Assembly (NCBI GenBank): GCA_963746845.1
Contig: CAVVCZ010000004.1
Span: 1,152,001-1,216,000 of the forward strand
Direction: 5' to 3'
From: an uncultured Chloroflexia bacterium
GTDB taxonomy: Bacteria > Chloroflexota > Limnocylindria > Limnocylindrales > CSP1-4
Length of the DNA: 64,000 nucleotides
Below the pieces are notes generated by a model, which searched no databases, was not told where the DNA came from, and saw only the letters and a program-made list of their open reading frames with translations. Positions within the stretch are counted from its first letter, which is position 1. Each line of letters starts with the position of its first letter. Below, piece after piece: positions 46,115 through 56,405 of the stretch. The translations under genes and the position numbers were made by a program.

Positions 46115-47434
46115 TCAGGCGCACAGCTCCGCGACGCGCGGCTCGTCGGCCAGACGCGTTGTGACGAGCTCGCACAGGCGCCGCCGGGTGTCGGCGTCGG
46201 CGTCGAGCTCGGCGATCCGGCCCAGGAGCAGGAGCTTGTCGGCGGCCTGGCTGCGCCAGCCCCGGTCGAGGTACAGCTCGGACAGGAGCAGATGGAGATC
46301 GGGGTCGGACGGGGCGAGGCCGATCGCTAGGTAGCAGGCGTCGATCGCGGCCACGAGCCGGCCGGCTCGGCGATGGGCTCGCGCCGCGGCGAGGAGACCG
46401 GCATGGGCCTCCTCGAGCTCGCCGGCGTACAGATGGGCCTCGGCCGCCGCGCCGAGCGCGATGCCGAGACCGATCGGCTCGACGACCTCGAGCTCGGGCT
46501 CGGCCGGGACCGTCGCGGGCTCGGCCGGGACCGTCGCGGGCTCGGCCGGGACCGGCTCGGCCTCGGCGGCCGCAGCCGGTTCGGGTTCGGGCTCCGCTCC
46601 GGCATCAGGCGGCTCCGGGGCGGGCTCGGCTGCGGCGACGACCGGCGCCGGTTCGGCATCGGACGCAGGCGCCTCCGTGACCGCCTCGGGCTCCGGGGCG
46701 GGCTCGGGCTCGGGCTCGGCCGGCTCGGGCTCCGGGGCGTTGGCTTCCTCGACGGGCTCGGGCTCGGGCTCCGGGGCGGGCTCTGCCACCGCCGGCTCCA
46801 ACAGCCGGAGCGCCTGGGACAGCGCACGCTGGGCCGCCTCGTCGCCCGGCGACGCTTCGCTCAGCCGGGCGGTCAGCTCCTCGACATGGGACCGCCGGGC
46901 CCGCGATTCGGCCAGCTCGAGCGACCGCCGGGCGGCGTCGGTCGCGTCGGCCAGCCGGCCGGCATCGTCCAGGGCGTCAGCCAGGCGATCCAGCGCATCG
47001 GCCGCCGCGGTCCGGCGCCCGAGGCGGGCCAGGGTCTCGGCGATCCCGCGCAGGGCGACTTCGTCCTTCGGTGCGAGGGCGAGGGCGCGTTCGTAGGCCG
47101 CCACCGCGTCGGCGGGCCGGTTCATCTTCGCGAGGATCCCGCCCATGCTCGCGTGCGGCAGCGCCCGGTCCGGCGCGATCGATGCGGCCTCGCCGTAGGC
47201 ATCGATCGCCGCGTCGTTCCGACCGCGGAGCGCCGCGACGTGACCGCGTCGGAGCGCGTCCTTGTACCGCTCGTAGAGCGCCGCGGAGCCCAACGGGACC
47301 CGGGCCGTCGCGCTCGGCCGCGACGTCGTCCCGGACCGCGGCGTCACCCGTGGCCCCCCCTTGCCCGCCAGCCCGTCCTGCTCGGCGCCGGTCGGCCAGG
47401 CGGACTTCCGGTCCGGATCCTTCGCCGGGCTCAT
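46115..47434 (-). CDS. Tetratricopeptide-repeat protein with Pro/Glu/Ala linker
   Basis: TPR-like helices (AIDAYGEAASIAPD, YERALALAP) flanking an EPEP-rich linker. Confidence 0.8.
   Translation of the reverse strand: MSPAKDPDRKSAWPTGAEQDGLAGKGGPRVTPRSGTTSRPSATARVPLGSAALYERYKDALRRGHVAALRGRNDAAIDAYGEAASIAPDRALPHASMGGILAKMNRPADAVAAYERALALAPKDEVALRGIAETLARLGRRTAAADALDRLADALDDAGRLADATDAARRSLELAESRARRSHVEELTARLSEASPGDEAAQRALSQALRLLEPAVAEPAPEPEPEPVEEANAPEPEPAEPEPEPAPEPEAVTEAPASDAEPAPVVAAAEPAPEPPDAGAEPEPEPAAAAEAEPVPAEPATVPAEPATVPAEPELEVVEPIGLGIALGAAAEAHLYAGELEEAHAGLLAAARAHRRAGRLVAAIDACYLAIGLAPSDPDLHLLLSELYLDRGWRSQAADKLLLLGRIAELDADADTRRRLCELVTTRLADEPRVAELCA
46496..46554. repeat. 21-bp tandem repeat (about 2.8 copies) inside the TPR gene
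   Basis: GGGCTCGGCCGGGACCGTCGC twice plus a 17-bp partial copy; encodes (VPAEPAT)n. Confidence 0.85.
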
Positions 47435-48399
47435 CCGCCGAGGATCTCGACGAGGAGGGCCTTCTGGACGTGGAGGCGGTTCTCAGACTGGTCCCAGATG
47501 ATGCTCCGCGGACCGTCCATCACCGCAGAGGTGATCTCCTCGCCGCGGTGGGCCGGCAGGCAGTGCATTGCGACGGCGCTCGGCCCCGCGGTCTCGAGCA
47601 GCGCTTCGTCGACCTGGTAGTCCGCGAACGCGTCGCGTCGGGCCTCGGTCTCGGCCTCCTGGCCCATCGAGGTCCAGGCATCCGTGTACACGACGTCGGC
47701 GCCGCGGACCACCTGGGCCGGGTTGCGTCCGAAGACGAGGATTCCGCCGGTGGCGGCCGCCAGGGCCTCGGCCCGCTCGACGATCCGTGGGTTCGGGCCG
47801 TACTCGGCCGGATGGGCGAGCCGGACTTCCATCCCGAGCATGGCGCCGAGCAGCGCGAGCGAGTGGTACACGTTGTTGCCGTCGCCGACGAACGCGAGGA
47901 CGCGGCCGCGCAGGTCGCCGAAGCGCTCGCGGAGCGTGAAGATGTCGGCCAGGGCCTGGCACGGGTGCTCGCGCAGGGTCAGGCCGTTGATCACGGGGAT
48001 CGAGGCCTGCGCGGCGAGCTCGACGACGACCTCGTGCGGGCCCGTGCGGGCGACGATCGCGTCGACGAACCGGTCGAGGTTCCGGGCGACATCGCGGACG
48101 CTCTCCCGGGCCCCCATCACGACGTCCTCGGTCAGGTAGATCGCCTGCCCGCCGAGCTGGTTCATCCCGGCCTCGAACGTGACCCGGGTCCGGAGGCTCG
48201 GCTTCTGGAACAGCATCGCCAGGGTCCGCCCCGCCAGCGGCGTGGCGCCCGGGGCGTCGTGGTCGCGCCGAGCCCGGTCCTCGGCCTTCAGGCGGGCGGC
48301 GCGCTCGAAGAGCCGCTCGACCTCGCCGGTCGACAGGTCGGCCACGGACAGCAGGTCCCGTCCGCGCAGCGACACTCCGGAACCGGCAACGGCATTCAC
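47431..48399 (-). CDS. argF: Ornithine carbamoyltransferase
   Basis: SLRTR, HPCQ, GDGNNV, DAWTSMG, HCLP, ENRLH; GTG 48399 lies 6 nt after TAGCAT (alt. 48402). Confidence 0.93.
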   Translation of the reverse strand: MNAVAGSGVSLRGRDLLSVADLSTGEVERLFERAARLKAEDRARRDHDAPGATPLAGRTLAMLFQKPSLRTRVTFEAGMNQLGGQAIYLTEDVVMGARESVRDVARNLDRFVDAIVARTGPHEVVVELAAQASIPVINGLTLREHPCQALADIFTLRERFGDLRGRVLAFVGDGNNVYHSLALLGAMLGMEVRLAHPAEYGPNPRIVERAEALAAATGGILVFGRNPAQVVRGADVVYTDAWTSMGQEAETEARRDAFADYQVDEALLETAGPSAVAMHCLPAHRGEEITSAVMDGPRSIIWDQSENRLHVQKALLVEILGG

Positions 48400-48705
48400 C
48401 ACGCCATGCTAACGGTCAGGTCCGCCGCAGACTGCGTGACCATCGTCCCGTCGACCCCGGCCGCGACGGCCATGGGCGCGCTCGGCGCCCACCTGAGCCC
48501 TCGGTCATGCGCCCGCTGGGTCAAACGACGCCTGACGACCGTGCCGGCGGTCGATTCAGGCGCCCAGCGCAGCGTCCGACGCCGGAAGGGCCGGGAATGG
48601 GCCGAGTGAGCCCCGAGGGCGTCCTGCCGGGCGTCGTCTGACGCATCCGGCGCATGAGACGCGCCCGAGGCGGCGCGAGGCGGCGCGAGGCCGCCAGCCG
48701 CGGAC

Positions 48706-49104
48706 CTAGCGCTTGGTGTACTGCGGCGCCTTGCGGGCTCGCTTCAGGCCGTACTTCTTGCGCTCCTTCATCCGCGGGTCGCGGGTGAGGAGGCCGGCCT
48801 GGCGGAGGGGAAGCCGATTGGCGTCGGCGTCGACCTCGAGCAGGGCCCGGGCGATGCCATGGCGGATCGCCCCGGCCTGGCCGGTGACCCCGCCGCCCTC
48901 AACCTTGATCATCGCGTTGAAGTGGCCCTCGGTGCCGGTCACGCGGAAGGGCATCCGGACGTCCGACTCGTTCACCGCGTTGCCAAAATGCTCCTCGAGC
49001 GTCCGGCCGTTGATGACGATCTCGCCCTCACCGGGCAGGAGGCGGACACGGGCGATCGCCGTCTTGCGACGGCCTGTCCCGGAGAAGAAGGCAGGGCTGG
49101 TCAT
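48706..49104 (-). CDS. rpsI: 30S ribosomal protein S9
   Basis: [27 protein letters not shown]. Confidence 0.98.
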   Translation of the reverse strand: MTSPAFFSGTGRRKTAIARVRLLPGEGEIVINGRTLEEHFGNAVNESDVRMPFRVTGTEGHFNAMIKVEGGGVTGQAGAIRHGIARALLEVDADANRLPLRQAGLLTRDPRMKERKKYGLKRARKAPQYTKR

Positions 49105-49117
49105 CGATGACTCCTCG

Positions 49118-49549
49118 TCAGGCGAGCGGCTCAGGCCGCTGGGCCTGATGGGGGTGGTCGGTGCCGGCGTAGACCTTCAGCTTGCGGAGCTGCTGCACGC
49201 CCAGGCGATTGCGCGGCAGCATCCCCTTGACGGCCCGCCGGATGACCTCCTCGGGACGGCGCTCCAGGAGATGACCGAGGGTCTCCTCCTTGTAGCCCTG
49301 GGGGTGGCCGCTGTGGCGGATGTAGAGCTTCGTTTCCTTCTTGTTGCTCGTCACCGCAATCCGAGACGCGTTCAGGACGATGACGTGATCGCCTGAGTCG
49401 AGGTTCGGCGTGTACGTCGGCTTGTGCTTGCCCTCGAGCACGCGCGCGATGCGCGAGGCGAGGCGACCGAGGGTCTCGTCCGCCGCGTCGACGACGTACC
49501 AGCGCCGCTCGATCTCGCTCTCGCGGACCGTGTAGGTCTTCGTGCTCAT
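49118..49549 (-). CDS. rplM: 50S ribosomal protein L13
   Basis: WYVVDA, LGRLAS, GKHKP, GMLP, HPHQAQ. Confidence 0.98.
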   Translation of the reverse strand: MSTKTYTVRESEIERRWYVVDAADETLGRLASRIARVLEGKHKPTYTPNLDSGDHVIVLNASRIAVTSNKKETKLYIRHSGHPQGYKEETLGHLLERRPEEVIRRAVKGMLPRNRLGVQQLRKLKVYAGTDHPHQAQRPEPLA

Positions 49550-50331
49550 CGTTCTTCGTTCGTCTCCGTCTGTTCGGTCATCCCTCGCCGCCGTCCGAGG
49601 ACGACCCGGCGAAGGCAGAGTCCCTTGGCCGGCGCCGCAACGCCGTTCCTGGCCGGTTGCCGGGCGGCGAGCGCCTCCCGGACCTCTGCTTCCGTCATCG
49701 TTCCGTGCCCGACCTCGAGGAGGACGGCCACGATCCGCCGGACCATGCCCCGGAGGAAGGCATCCGCCCTGACATCGATCGTCACGAGCGATCCCTGCCT
49801 CCGGACCCGGACCGCGTGGACGGTCCGGACCGGCGTCCGACCCTCGATCACCACCCCGAAGGCGCTGAAGTCGTGCCGGCCGACGAAGGCCTGCCCGGCT
49901 CGTTCCATCGCGGCGATGTCGAGCGGGACCCGCACCCCGAGCGCCTGACGCTCGCGAAGCGGGCTGCGCGGCCCGTTCCAGACGGTGTAGCGGTACTCCC
50001 GGTACCGCGCCGCATGACGGGGGTGGAACCCCGACGGTGCCCGGCGGACGTCGCGGATCGCGATGTCCGGCGGGAGCAGGCCGTTGATCGCCGCCCCGAG
50101 CGCGGTGGCGTCCAGCCGGCCGGCGTAGGTGAAACCGATCACCTGCCCCGCGGCGTGGACGCCGGCGTCCGTGCGGCCGGCCCCGTCGACCGGTCGGCGC
50201 TCCCCATCGCTGAGGCGGGCCAACGCGGCTTCGAGCTCTCCCTGGACCGTCCGGACTCCGGGTCGTTGGACCTGGAAGCCGGCGAAGTCGGTCCCGTCGT
50301 ATTCGACCGTGGCGCGAAAGCGCCGCGGCAC
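49546..50331 (-). CDS. truA: tRNA pseudouridine(38-40) synthase
   Basis: [31 protein letters not shown]. Confidence 0.96.
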   Translation of the reverse strand: MPRRFRATVEYDGTDFAGFQVQRPGVRTVQGELEAALARLSDGERRPVDGAGRTDAGVHAAGQVIGFTYAGRLDATALGAAINGLLPPDIAIRDVRRAPSGFHPRHAARYREYRYTVWNGPRSPLRERQALGVRVPLDIAAMERAGQAFVGRHDFSAFGVVIEGRTPVRTVHAVRVRRQGSLVTIDVRADAFLRGMVRRIVAVLLEVGHGTMTEAEVREALAARQPARNGVAAPAKGLCLRRVVLGRRRGMTEQTETNEER

Positions 50332-50372
50332 GCCCTCTCGAGCGTGTGTGGTGGTCGTGTTGTCTCGGCCCC

Positions 50373-50726
50373 CTAGACCAGCTCGATCTGGACGATCGGG
50401 GCCGCGTCGCCGCGCCGAGGGCCGATCTTGACGATCCGGGTGTACCCGGACGATCGATCGGCGTACTTGGGGGCGATCTCGTCGAACAGCTTCGTGACGA
50501 CGAGGGGCTCGTTCGGGAACTGGGCGACGACGGCCCGGCGGGCGGTCAGGTCACCCTTCTTGGCAAGCGTGATCATCCGCTCGACGCGGCCCTGGATCTC
50601 CTTGGCCTTGGCCTCGGTGGTCTGGACCCGCTCGTAGCGCAGGACGGACACGGTCAGGTTCTTGAACAGGGCCAGACGCGGCCCTCGCTTCCGGCTGAGC
50701 TTGCGGCCGTCGACGCGGTGCGCCAT
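50373..50726 (-). CDS. rplQ: 50S ribosomal protein L17
   Basis: [21 protein letters not shown]. Confidence 0.97.
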   Translation of the reverse strand: MAHRVDGRKLSRKRGPRLALFKNLTVSVLRYERVQTTEAKAKEIQGRVERMITLAKKGDLTARRAVVAQFPNEPLVVTKLFDEIAPKYADRSSGYTRIVKIGPRRGDAAPIVQIELV

Positions 50727-50727
50727 C

Positions 50728-51720
50728 TCAGGCCTCGCCCTCGTCGTCGGTCTCGTCCTCGTACACGCCGTCGTCCAGGCCGTCGGCCTCGGTCTCCGGA
50801 ACGATGAAGCCGCGCATCCGGAGGCGCTCCTTCATCTCGTCGAGCGACTTCTTGCCGAAGTTGCGCATCCGGAGCAGGTCGTCGTCCTTCAGCTGGAGGA
50901 GCTGGCCGACCTTGACGATGTTGTTGCGCTTGAGCGAGTTGTAGGCGCGCATCGGGAGGTCGAGCTCCTCGATCGGCATGTCGAGCATGTTCGGGGGGAG
51001 CTGGGCCAGCCCGCCCGGTGCCTGCTCGCCGACCGCGGCCGCCATCCCGATCGTCACGAACGGTCGGAACTGGTTGACGAGGATCTCCGCCGAGCGGCTC
51101 AGGGCCTCCTCGGGGGTGATCGTCCCGTCGGTCTCGATCTCGATCGTGAGCTTGTCGTAGTTGGTCATCTGACCGACCCGCATGCTCTCGACCCAGTAGT
51201 TGACCTTGCGGACCGGCGTGAAGATCGCGTCGATCGCGATGACTCCGATCGGGAGCTGCTCGGTCCGCTCCGCGCCGAGGTAGCCGACCCCGCGCTCGAC
51301 CGTCAGGTCCATCTCGATCGTGACGTCGTCCGTGTCGAGGGTCATCAGGACGAGGTCCGGATTGATGATCTCGACGTCGGCGGACTCGGCGATGTCCGAC
51401 GCGCTGACCTGGCCGGCGCCGCTCTTGATCAGGCGGAGCTGGACCGGGTGGGTCGCGAAGCTCTTCAGGCGGAGCTTCTTGACGTTCAGGACGATCTGGG
51501 TGACGTCTTCCTTGACGCCCGGGATCGTCGAGAACTCCTGGTAGACGTCGCGGATCTGGATGCTCGTGACCGCCGCCCCTTCGAGCGAGGACAGCAGGAC
51601 CCGGCGGAGGGCGTTGCCGAGGGTGACGCCATAGCCGGCCTGGAGGGGGCCGGCCTCGTACTTGGCGTACGTCCCGGCTTCCTCGACGGGCTCGATCTGC
51701 GGATTCTCGAGTTCGATCAT
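50728..51720 (-). CDS. rpoA: RNA polymerase subunit alpha
   Basis: GYGVTLGNALRR, GVKED, DAIFTPV, RAYNSLKR, NFGKKS. Confidence 0.98.
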   Translation of the reverse strand: MIELENPQIEPVEEAGTYAKYEAGPLQAGYGVTLGNALRRVLLSSLEGAAVTSIQIRDVYQEFSTIPGVKEDVTQIVLNVKKLRLKSFATHPVQLRLIKSGAGQVSASDIAESADVEIINPDLVLMTLDTDDVTIEMDLTVERGVGYLGAERTEQLPIGVIAIDAIFTPVRKVNYWVESMRVGQMTNYDKLTIEIETDGTITPEEALSRSAEILVNQFRPFVTIGMAAAVGEQAPGGLAQLPPNMLDMPIEELDLPMRAYNSLKRNNIVKVGQLLQLKDDDLLRMRNFGKKSLDEMKERLRMRGFIVPETEADGLDDGVYEDETDDEGEA

Positions 51721-51729
51721 GGGGGCGGC

Positions 51730-52356
51730 TTACCTCGAGTAGTACTCGACCACGAGCTGCTCGTTCAGGTCGAGCGGCATCTGGTCGCGGCGGGGCAGCT
51801 CGGCAACGGTCCCGGCGAGCTTGGCGGCATCGAGGGACAGCCACTCCGGAGCCTGGTGGGAGCGGAGGGTCTCCTTGGCCAGCTTGAAGGGCTCGCGGGC
51901 GCGGCGGCTCTCGCGAACCTCGATCCGGTCGCCCGGCTTCACCTGGAAGGAGGGGATGTTGGTCGGGACGCCGTTCACATTGAAGTGACCGTGTCCGACG
52001 AGCTGGCGGGCCTGGGCCCGCGAGCTGGCGAAGCCCATCCGGTAGACGACGTTGTCGAGACGCAGCTCGAGCGTCCGGAGGAGGCTCTCGCCGGTGACGC
52101 CGGGGCGATTCTCGGCGCTGTCGAAGTAGTTCCGGAACTGGCGCTCGAGGACGCCGTAGACGCGGCGGACCTTCTGCTTCTCGCGCAGCTGGAGACCGTA
52201 GTCGCCGACCTTGCGACGGCGGACGCCGTGCTGGCCGGGCGGGGTCGGGCGGCGCTCGAAGGCGCACTTCTTCGTGTAGCAGCGGCTGCCCTTCAGGTAG
52301 AGCTTCGCGCCCTCCCGACGGCAGAGGCGGCAGACGGCTTCGGTGTAACGGGCCAT
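51730..52356 (-). CDS. rpsD: 30S ribosomal protein S4 (Cys-containing form)
   Basis: [33 protein letters not shown]. Confidence 0.98.
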   Translation of the reverse strand: MARYTEAVCRLCRREGAKLYLKGSRCYTKKCAFERRPTPPGQHGVRRRKVGDYGLQLREKQKVRRVYGVLERQFRNYFDSAENRPGVTGESLLRTLELRLDNVVYRMGFASSRAQARQLVGHGHFNVNGVPTNIPSFQVKPGDRIEVRESRRAREPFKLAKETLRSHQAPEWLSLDAAKLAGTVAELPRRDQMPLDLNEQLVVEYYSR

Positions 52357-52372
52357 GTCGTTCCTTCCCCGC

Positions 52373-52768
52373 TCAGACCCGGCGCCGCTTCGGGGCGCGG
52401 CAGCCGTTGTGGGGGATGGGCGTGACGTCGGTGATGGCGGTCACCTCGAGGCCGGCGGCCTGGAGAGATCGGATCGCCTGCTCGCGACCGGCTCCCGGTC
52501 CCTTGACGTAGACCTCGACCTGGCGCATCCCGTGCTCCATCGCGCGGCGTGCGGCGCCGTCGGCGGACAGGGCGGCGGCGTACGGCGTGCTCTTGCGGGA
52601 GCCCTTGAAGCCGGCCACGCCGGCAGAGCCCCAGCTGACCACGGCGCCACCGAGGTCGGTGATCGTGATGATCGTGTTGTTGAACGTCGCCTGGATGTGG
52701 ACGTGCCCCTGCGGGACGTTCTTCCGTTCGCGGCGGCGCTGCTTCACCGCCCGCTTGCGTTCAGCCAT
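52373..52768 (-). CDS. rpsK: 30S ribosomal protein S11
   Basis: [22 protein letters not shown]. Confidence 0.98.
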   Translation of the reverse strand: MAERKRAVKQRRRERKNVPQGHVHIQATFNNTIITITDLGGAVVSWGSAGVAGFKGSRKSTPYAAALSADGAARRAMEHGMRQVEVYVKGPGAGREQAIRSLQAAGLEVTAITDVTPIPHNGCRAPKRRRV

Positions 52769-52788
52769 GTGCTGTCAGGTCCCTCGGG

Positions 52789-53160
52789 CTACTTCTTCCG
52801 CCGCACGCCGACCGTCTTCTTCGGTCCGCGCCGCTGACGGGCGTTCGTCTTGGTTCGCTGGCCGCGCACCGGCAGGTTGCGCCGGTGGCGCATGCCGCGG
52901 TACGAGCCGATCTCGATCAGGCGCTTGATGTTCAGTGCGACCTCGCGGCGCAGGTCGCCTTCGACCTTGTACCGGCGGTCGATCAGCTCGCGGAGCCGGT
53001 TGACCTGCTCCTCGGTGAGATCGCGGACCCGGGTGTCCGGGTTGACGTTCGTCTGGGCGAGGATCTTCTGGGACGTGGGCAGGCCGAGCCCGAAGATGTA
53101 CGTGAGGGCGACCTCGACGCGCTTCTCGCGCGGGATGTCGACGCCGGCAATGCGTGCCAT
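52789..53160 (-). CDS. rpsM: 30S ribosomal protein S13
   Basis: [26 protein letters not shown]. Confidence 0.98.
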   Translation of the reverse strand: MARIAGVDIPREKRVEVALTYIFGLGLPTSQKILAQTNVNPDTRVRDLTEEQVNRLRELIDRRYKVEGDLRREVALNIKRLIEIGSYRGMRHRRNLPVRGQRTKTNARQRRGPKKTVGVRRKK

Positions 53161-53163
53161 CGA

Positions 53164-53277
53164 TTACCCCTGCCGCTGCTTGTGCTTCGGGTTGGTGCAG
53201 ATGACCATCACGGTGCCGTGGCGACGGATGACCTTGCAGTTGTCGCAGCGCGCCTTGACGGAAGCTCTGACTTTCAA
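53164..53277 (-). CDS. rpmJ: 50S ribosomal protein L36
   Basis: Manual translation, TTG start: [37 protein letters not shown]. Confidence 0.97.
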   Translation of the reverse strand: MKVRASVKARCDNCKVIRRHGTVMVICTNPKHKQRQG

Positions 53278-53321
53278 CGGATCCTCGACTCGTGCTCGTG
53301 TCGACCGGCTGGGCGGTCGGG

Positions 53322-53540
53322 TTACTTCAGGCGGTAGGTGATCCGACCGCGGGTGAGGTCGTAGGGCGACAGCTCCACCCGGACGCGGTCTCCCGGCAGG
53401 ATCCGGATGAAGTTCATTCGGAGCTTGCCGCTGATGTGGGCCAGGACGCGGTGACCGTTCTCCAACTCGACGGCGAACATCGTGTTGGGCAGCGGCTCGA
53501 TGACCGTGCCTTCCACTTCGATCGCATCACGTTTGGCCAC
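53322..53540 (-). CDS. infA: Translation initiation factor IF-1
   Basis: [22 protein letters not shown]. Confidence 0.98.
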   Translation of the reverse strand: MAKRDAIEVEGTVIEPLPNTMFAVELENGHRVLAHISGKLRMNFIRILPGDRVRVELSPYDLTRGRITYRLK

Positions 53541-53604
53541 AGGCGCCCAGGCTTCCCTTTCTCACGATGAGTGCCGGCCCGGGCGGACCGACACACGAAT
53601 GAGT

Positions 53605-53633
53605 AGCGTATCAAAACCTCGACCAATTGGCCA
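53605..53633 (-). promoter_or_regulatory. Internal promoter for infA and the alpha operon (TGGCCA-N17-TACGCT, extended -10)
   Basis: TGaTACGCT at 53613-53605 in a relatively AT-rich gap between map and infA. Confidence 0.45.
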
Positions 53634-53647
53634 GCGCGTCATCGTCA

Positions 53648-54406
53648 TCAAACCGTTGTCAGGATCTCTGGTCCATTGTCCGTTACTGCGATCGTGTGCT
53701 CGAAGTGGGCGGCAAGGGAGCCGTCGACCGTCGCGACGGTCCAGCCGTCCGGCCGGACGGCGACCTCGCCGTTCCCGAGGGTCAGCATCGGCTCGATCGC
53801 CAGGCAGATCCCCGGTGCCAGCTTCATGCCGCGGACACCGGTCCGGTAGTTCGGGACCTGCGGCTCCTGGTGCATCTCGGTCCCGATGCCATGGCCGACG
53901 AACTGGCGGACGATCCCGTAGCCGCCCGGCGTGGCGACGTCCTCGATCGCGGCCGAGATGTCGCCGAGGTTGGCACCCGGCACGGCCGCCGCGATCCCCG
54001 CCATCATCGCCAGCCGGGTCGTGTCGACGAGGTCCGTGACCGTCGCGGACGGATCGCCGACGAAGAAGGTCCGCGCGCCGTCGCCGTGCCAGCCGTCGTA
54101 GATCGCCCCCGCGTCGATCGACACGATCTGGCCGTCCTTGATCACCCGATCGCCCGGGATCCCGTGGACGACCTCGTCGTCGATCGAGATGCACAGGCTG
54201 GCCGGGAACGGGTTGCTGCGATGGCCGTAGCCCTTGAACGACGGCACGGCGCCGGACGAGCGGATGTGGTGCTCGGCGAGGCGGTCGAGGTGGCCGGTGG
54301 TCACGCCCGGTCGCAGCTCGGTCTGGACGAGCGCCAGGACCTCGGCGACGATCCGGCCGGCGACGCGCATCTTCTCGATCTCGCGGCGCGACTTGCGAGT
54401 CACCAT
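53648..54406 (-). CDS. map: Methionine aminopeptidase type I
   Basis: VVHGIP, GWHGD, GHGIG, AIEPM, AHFEHT; ATG at 54406. Confidence 0.96.
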   Translation of the reverse strand: MVTRKSRREIEKMRVAGRIVAEVLALVQTELRPGVTTGHLDRLAEHHIRSSGAVPSFKGYGHRSNPFPASLCISIDDEVVHGIPGDRVIKDGQIVSIDAGAIYDGWHGDGARTFFVGDPSATVTDLVDTTRLAMMAGIAAAVPGANLGDISAAIEDVATPGGYGIVRQFVGHGIGTEMHQEPQVPNYRTGVRGMKLAPGICLAIEPMLTLGNGEVAVRPDGWTVATVDGSLAAHFEHTIAVTDNGPEILTTV

Positions 54407-54419
54407 CGGGGGATCGCCA

Positions 54420-55103
54420 TCATGGCATCGCCTGACCCGCGGGTCCGCCCGACGGGGTCTCGTCGACCGCGGCCACCACGGCCGCGCTGACCTCCTCGAT
54501 CGGGAGCCGCCCGTCCACGGTCCGGAGCACGCCACCCTGGCGGTAATGGTCGACGACGTCGAGGAGGGGCGGGATCTGCTCGCGCATCCTCGCCCGGACG
54601 GTCTCCTCGCGATCGTCCTCGCGGTGGACGAGCGGCGACCCGTCAATGTCGCAGACGCCGCTGCGCACCGGCGGGTTCGAGGTGAGGTTGTAGACGTGGC
54701 CGTTGGCGGTGCAGATCCGACGGCTCGCCATCCGGAGGATCAGGTCCTCCGTCGGCACGTCGACGAGGATCGCCCAGTCGACCCGCCGGCCGGCGTCCGC
54801 GAGCTCGGTGTCGAGCGCCTGCGCCTGGACACGCGTCCGGGGAAAGCCGTCGAGGATGGCACCCTTCCGTGAGTCGTCCTGGTCAAGTCGGTCGAGGAAG
54901 ACCCGGACGATGGTCTCGTCGGGAACGAGCTGCCCCCGGCTCATGAACCGATCCGCCTCGCGACCGAGGGCCGTGTTGGCAGCGACGGCAGCGCGGAGCA
55001 GCTCGCCGGATCCGAGGATCGGCACGCCGAGGTGCTGGGCAAGCACCGGAGCCTGGGTGCCTTTCCCCGCACCCGGTGCTCCGAGGAGGACGACGACGGC
55101 CAT
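54420..55103 (-). CDS. adk: Adenylate kinase
   Basis: GAPGAGKGTQ, LVPD, DGFPRT, LID domain, REDD. Confidence 0.97.
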   Translation of the reverse strand: MAVVVLLGAPGAGKGTQAPVLAQHLGVPILGSGELLRAAVAANTALGREADRFMSRGQLVPDETIVRVFLDRLDQDDSRKGAILDGFPRTRVQAQALDTELADAGRRVDWAILVDVPTEDLILRMASRRICTANGHVYNLTSNPPVRSGVCDIDGSPLVHREDDREETVRARMREQIPPLLDVVDHYRQGGVLRTVDGRLPIEEVSAAVVAAVDETPSGGPAGQAMP

Positions 55104-55118
55104 CTCGGGACCCCCGCC

Positions 55119-56399
55119 CTAGCGGATGAATCCTTCGTAGTTGCGCATCAGGAGCTGGGCCTCCAACTGCTTCATCGTCTCGACGATGACGCTGACGACG
55201 ATCAGCAGACCGGTGCCGCCGAGGGCGATGCCGGTCAGGGTCGGGACGATCAGGCCGACGATGGTCGGGAGGGTCGCCACGGTGCCGAGGAACAGCGCAC
55301 CGGCGATCGTGATCCGGCTGACGACCTTGGCGAGGTAGTCGGCCGTCGGGCGCCCCGGACGGATGCCCGGGATGTACCCACCGTTCTTGCGCAGCTGCTC
55401 GGAGGTGTCATCCGGCTTGAATGTGAACGCCGTGTAGAAGTAGGTGAAGCCGACGGTCAGCGAGAAGTACAGGATGACGTACGGCAACGAGTGGGGGTTC
55501 AGGAAGTTGACGATCGCCTGGGCGATCGACGCCACCCACGTCACCTCCGAGTTCGTGAAGTACGAGGCGATCTGCTGCGGGAACAGCAGGATGCTGATCG
55601 CGAAGATGATCGGGATCACGCCGGCCTGGTTGACGCGGAGCGGCAGGAACGTCTGGCCGCCCTGGTACATCCGCCGGCCGCGGACCCGGCTCGCGTACTG
55701 GATCGGGATCCGGCGCTGCCCTTCCTGGATGTAGATGATCGAGGCGACTGCGCCGATCGCGAAGAGGATGAAGCCGATGACGAGCGGGACGTTCGGGGTC
55801 GACAGGAATCCGCCGATCGCGTTCGGGGCGCGGCTGACGATGCCCGCGAAGATGATGAAGCTGATGCCGTTGCCGATCCCCTTCTCGGTGATCAGCTCGC
55901 CCAGCCACATCAGGGTCATCGACCCGGCGGTCAGGGTGATGATCTGGGTGATCGTGTAGAAGTTCGACAGGTCGAACCCGCTCGACAGCACGCCCTGGGA
56001 GTTCAGCAGCGCCAGGAACCCGTACGACTGGAGCAGGGCCATCGGCACGGCCAGGTAGCGGGTGTACTGGTTGATCTTGTTCCGGCCGTACTCACCCTCG
56101 CGCTGGAGCGCCTGCAGCGACGGGATCACGCCCGTCATCAGCTGCATGATGATCGAGGCGTTGATGTACGGGTTCACGCCCAGGGCCACGACCGAGAAGC
56201 TCGACAGGCCGCCGCCGGACAGCAGATCCAGGACGCCGAACAGGGCGTTGTTCTGGAGGTACTGGGCGAGCTGGGCCTGGTCGACGCCCGGGACCGGGAC
56301 ATGGGCCAGGAACCGGAAGACGATCAGGATCCCGAAGACGTAGAGCAGCCGCCGCCGGATGTCGGGCGCGCGGAACGCGTTGAGGAGCGAGTCGAACAC
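55119..56399 (-). CDS. secY: Preprotein translocase subunit SecY
   Basis: GVNPYI, WLGELIT, GIGNGIS, PGIRPG, GGTGLLI. Confidence 0.98.
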   Translation of the reverse strand: MFDSLLNAFRAPDIRRRLLYVFGILIVFRFLAHVPVPGVDQAQLAQYLQNNALFGVLDLLSGGGLSSFSVVALGVNPYINASIIMQLMTGVIPSLQALQREGEYGRNKINQYTRYLAVPMALLQSYGFLALLNSQGVLSSGFDLSNFYTITQIITLTAGSMTLMWLGELITEKGIGNGISFIIFAGIVSRAPNAIGGFLSTPNVPLVIGFILFAIGAVASIIYIQEGQRRIPIQYASRVRGRRMYQGGQTFLPLRVNQAGVIPIIFAISILLFPQQIASYFTNSEVTWVASIAQAIVNFLNPHSLPYVILYFSLTVGFTYFYTAFTFKPDDTSEQLRKNGGYIPGIRPGRPTADYLAKVVSRITIAGALFLGTVATLPTIVGLIVPTLTGIALGGTGLLIVVSVIVETMKQLEAQLLMRNYEGFIR

Positions 56400-56405
56400 G
56401 GAACG

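Noticed and set aside
47431-48399. N-acetylornithine or other variant transcarbamylase because of SLRTR
   Set aside because: DxxxSMG, HPCQ and HCLP motifs of ordinary OTCase are present
48412-48705. ncRNA, ARG box or CRISPR in the rpsI-argF gap
   Set aside because: Only a short CGAGGCGGCG tandem (~2.5 copies near 48666-48690) and generic GC stems; no tRNA fold, ARG box or repeat-spacer pattern
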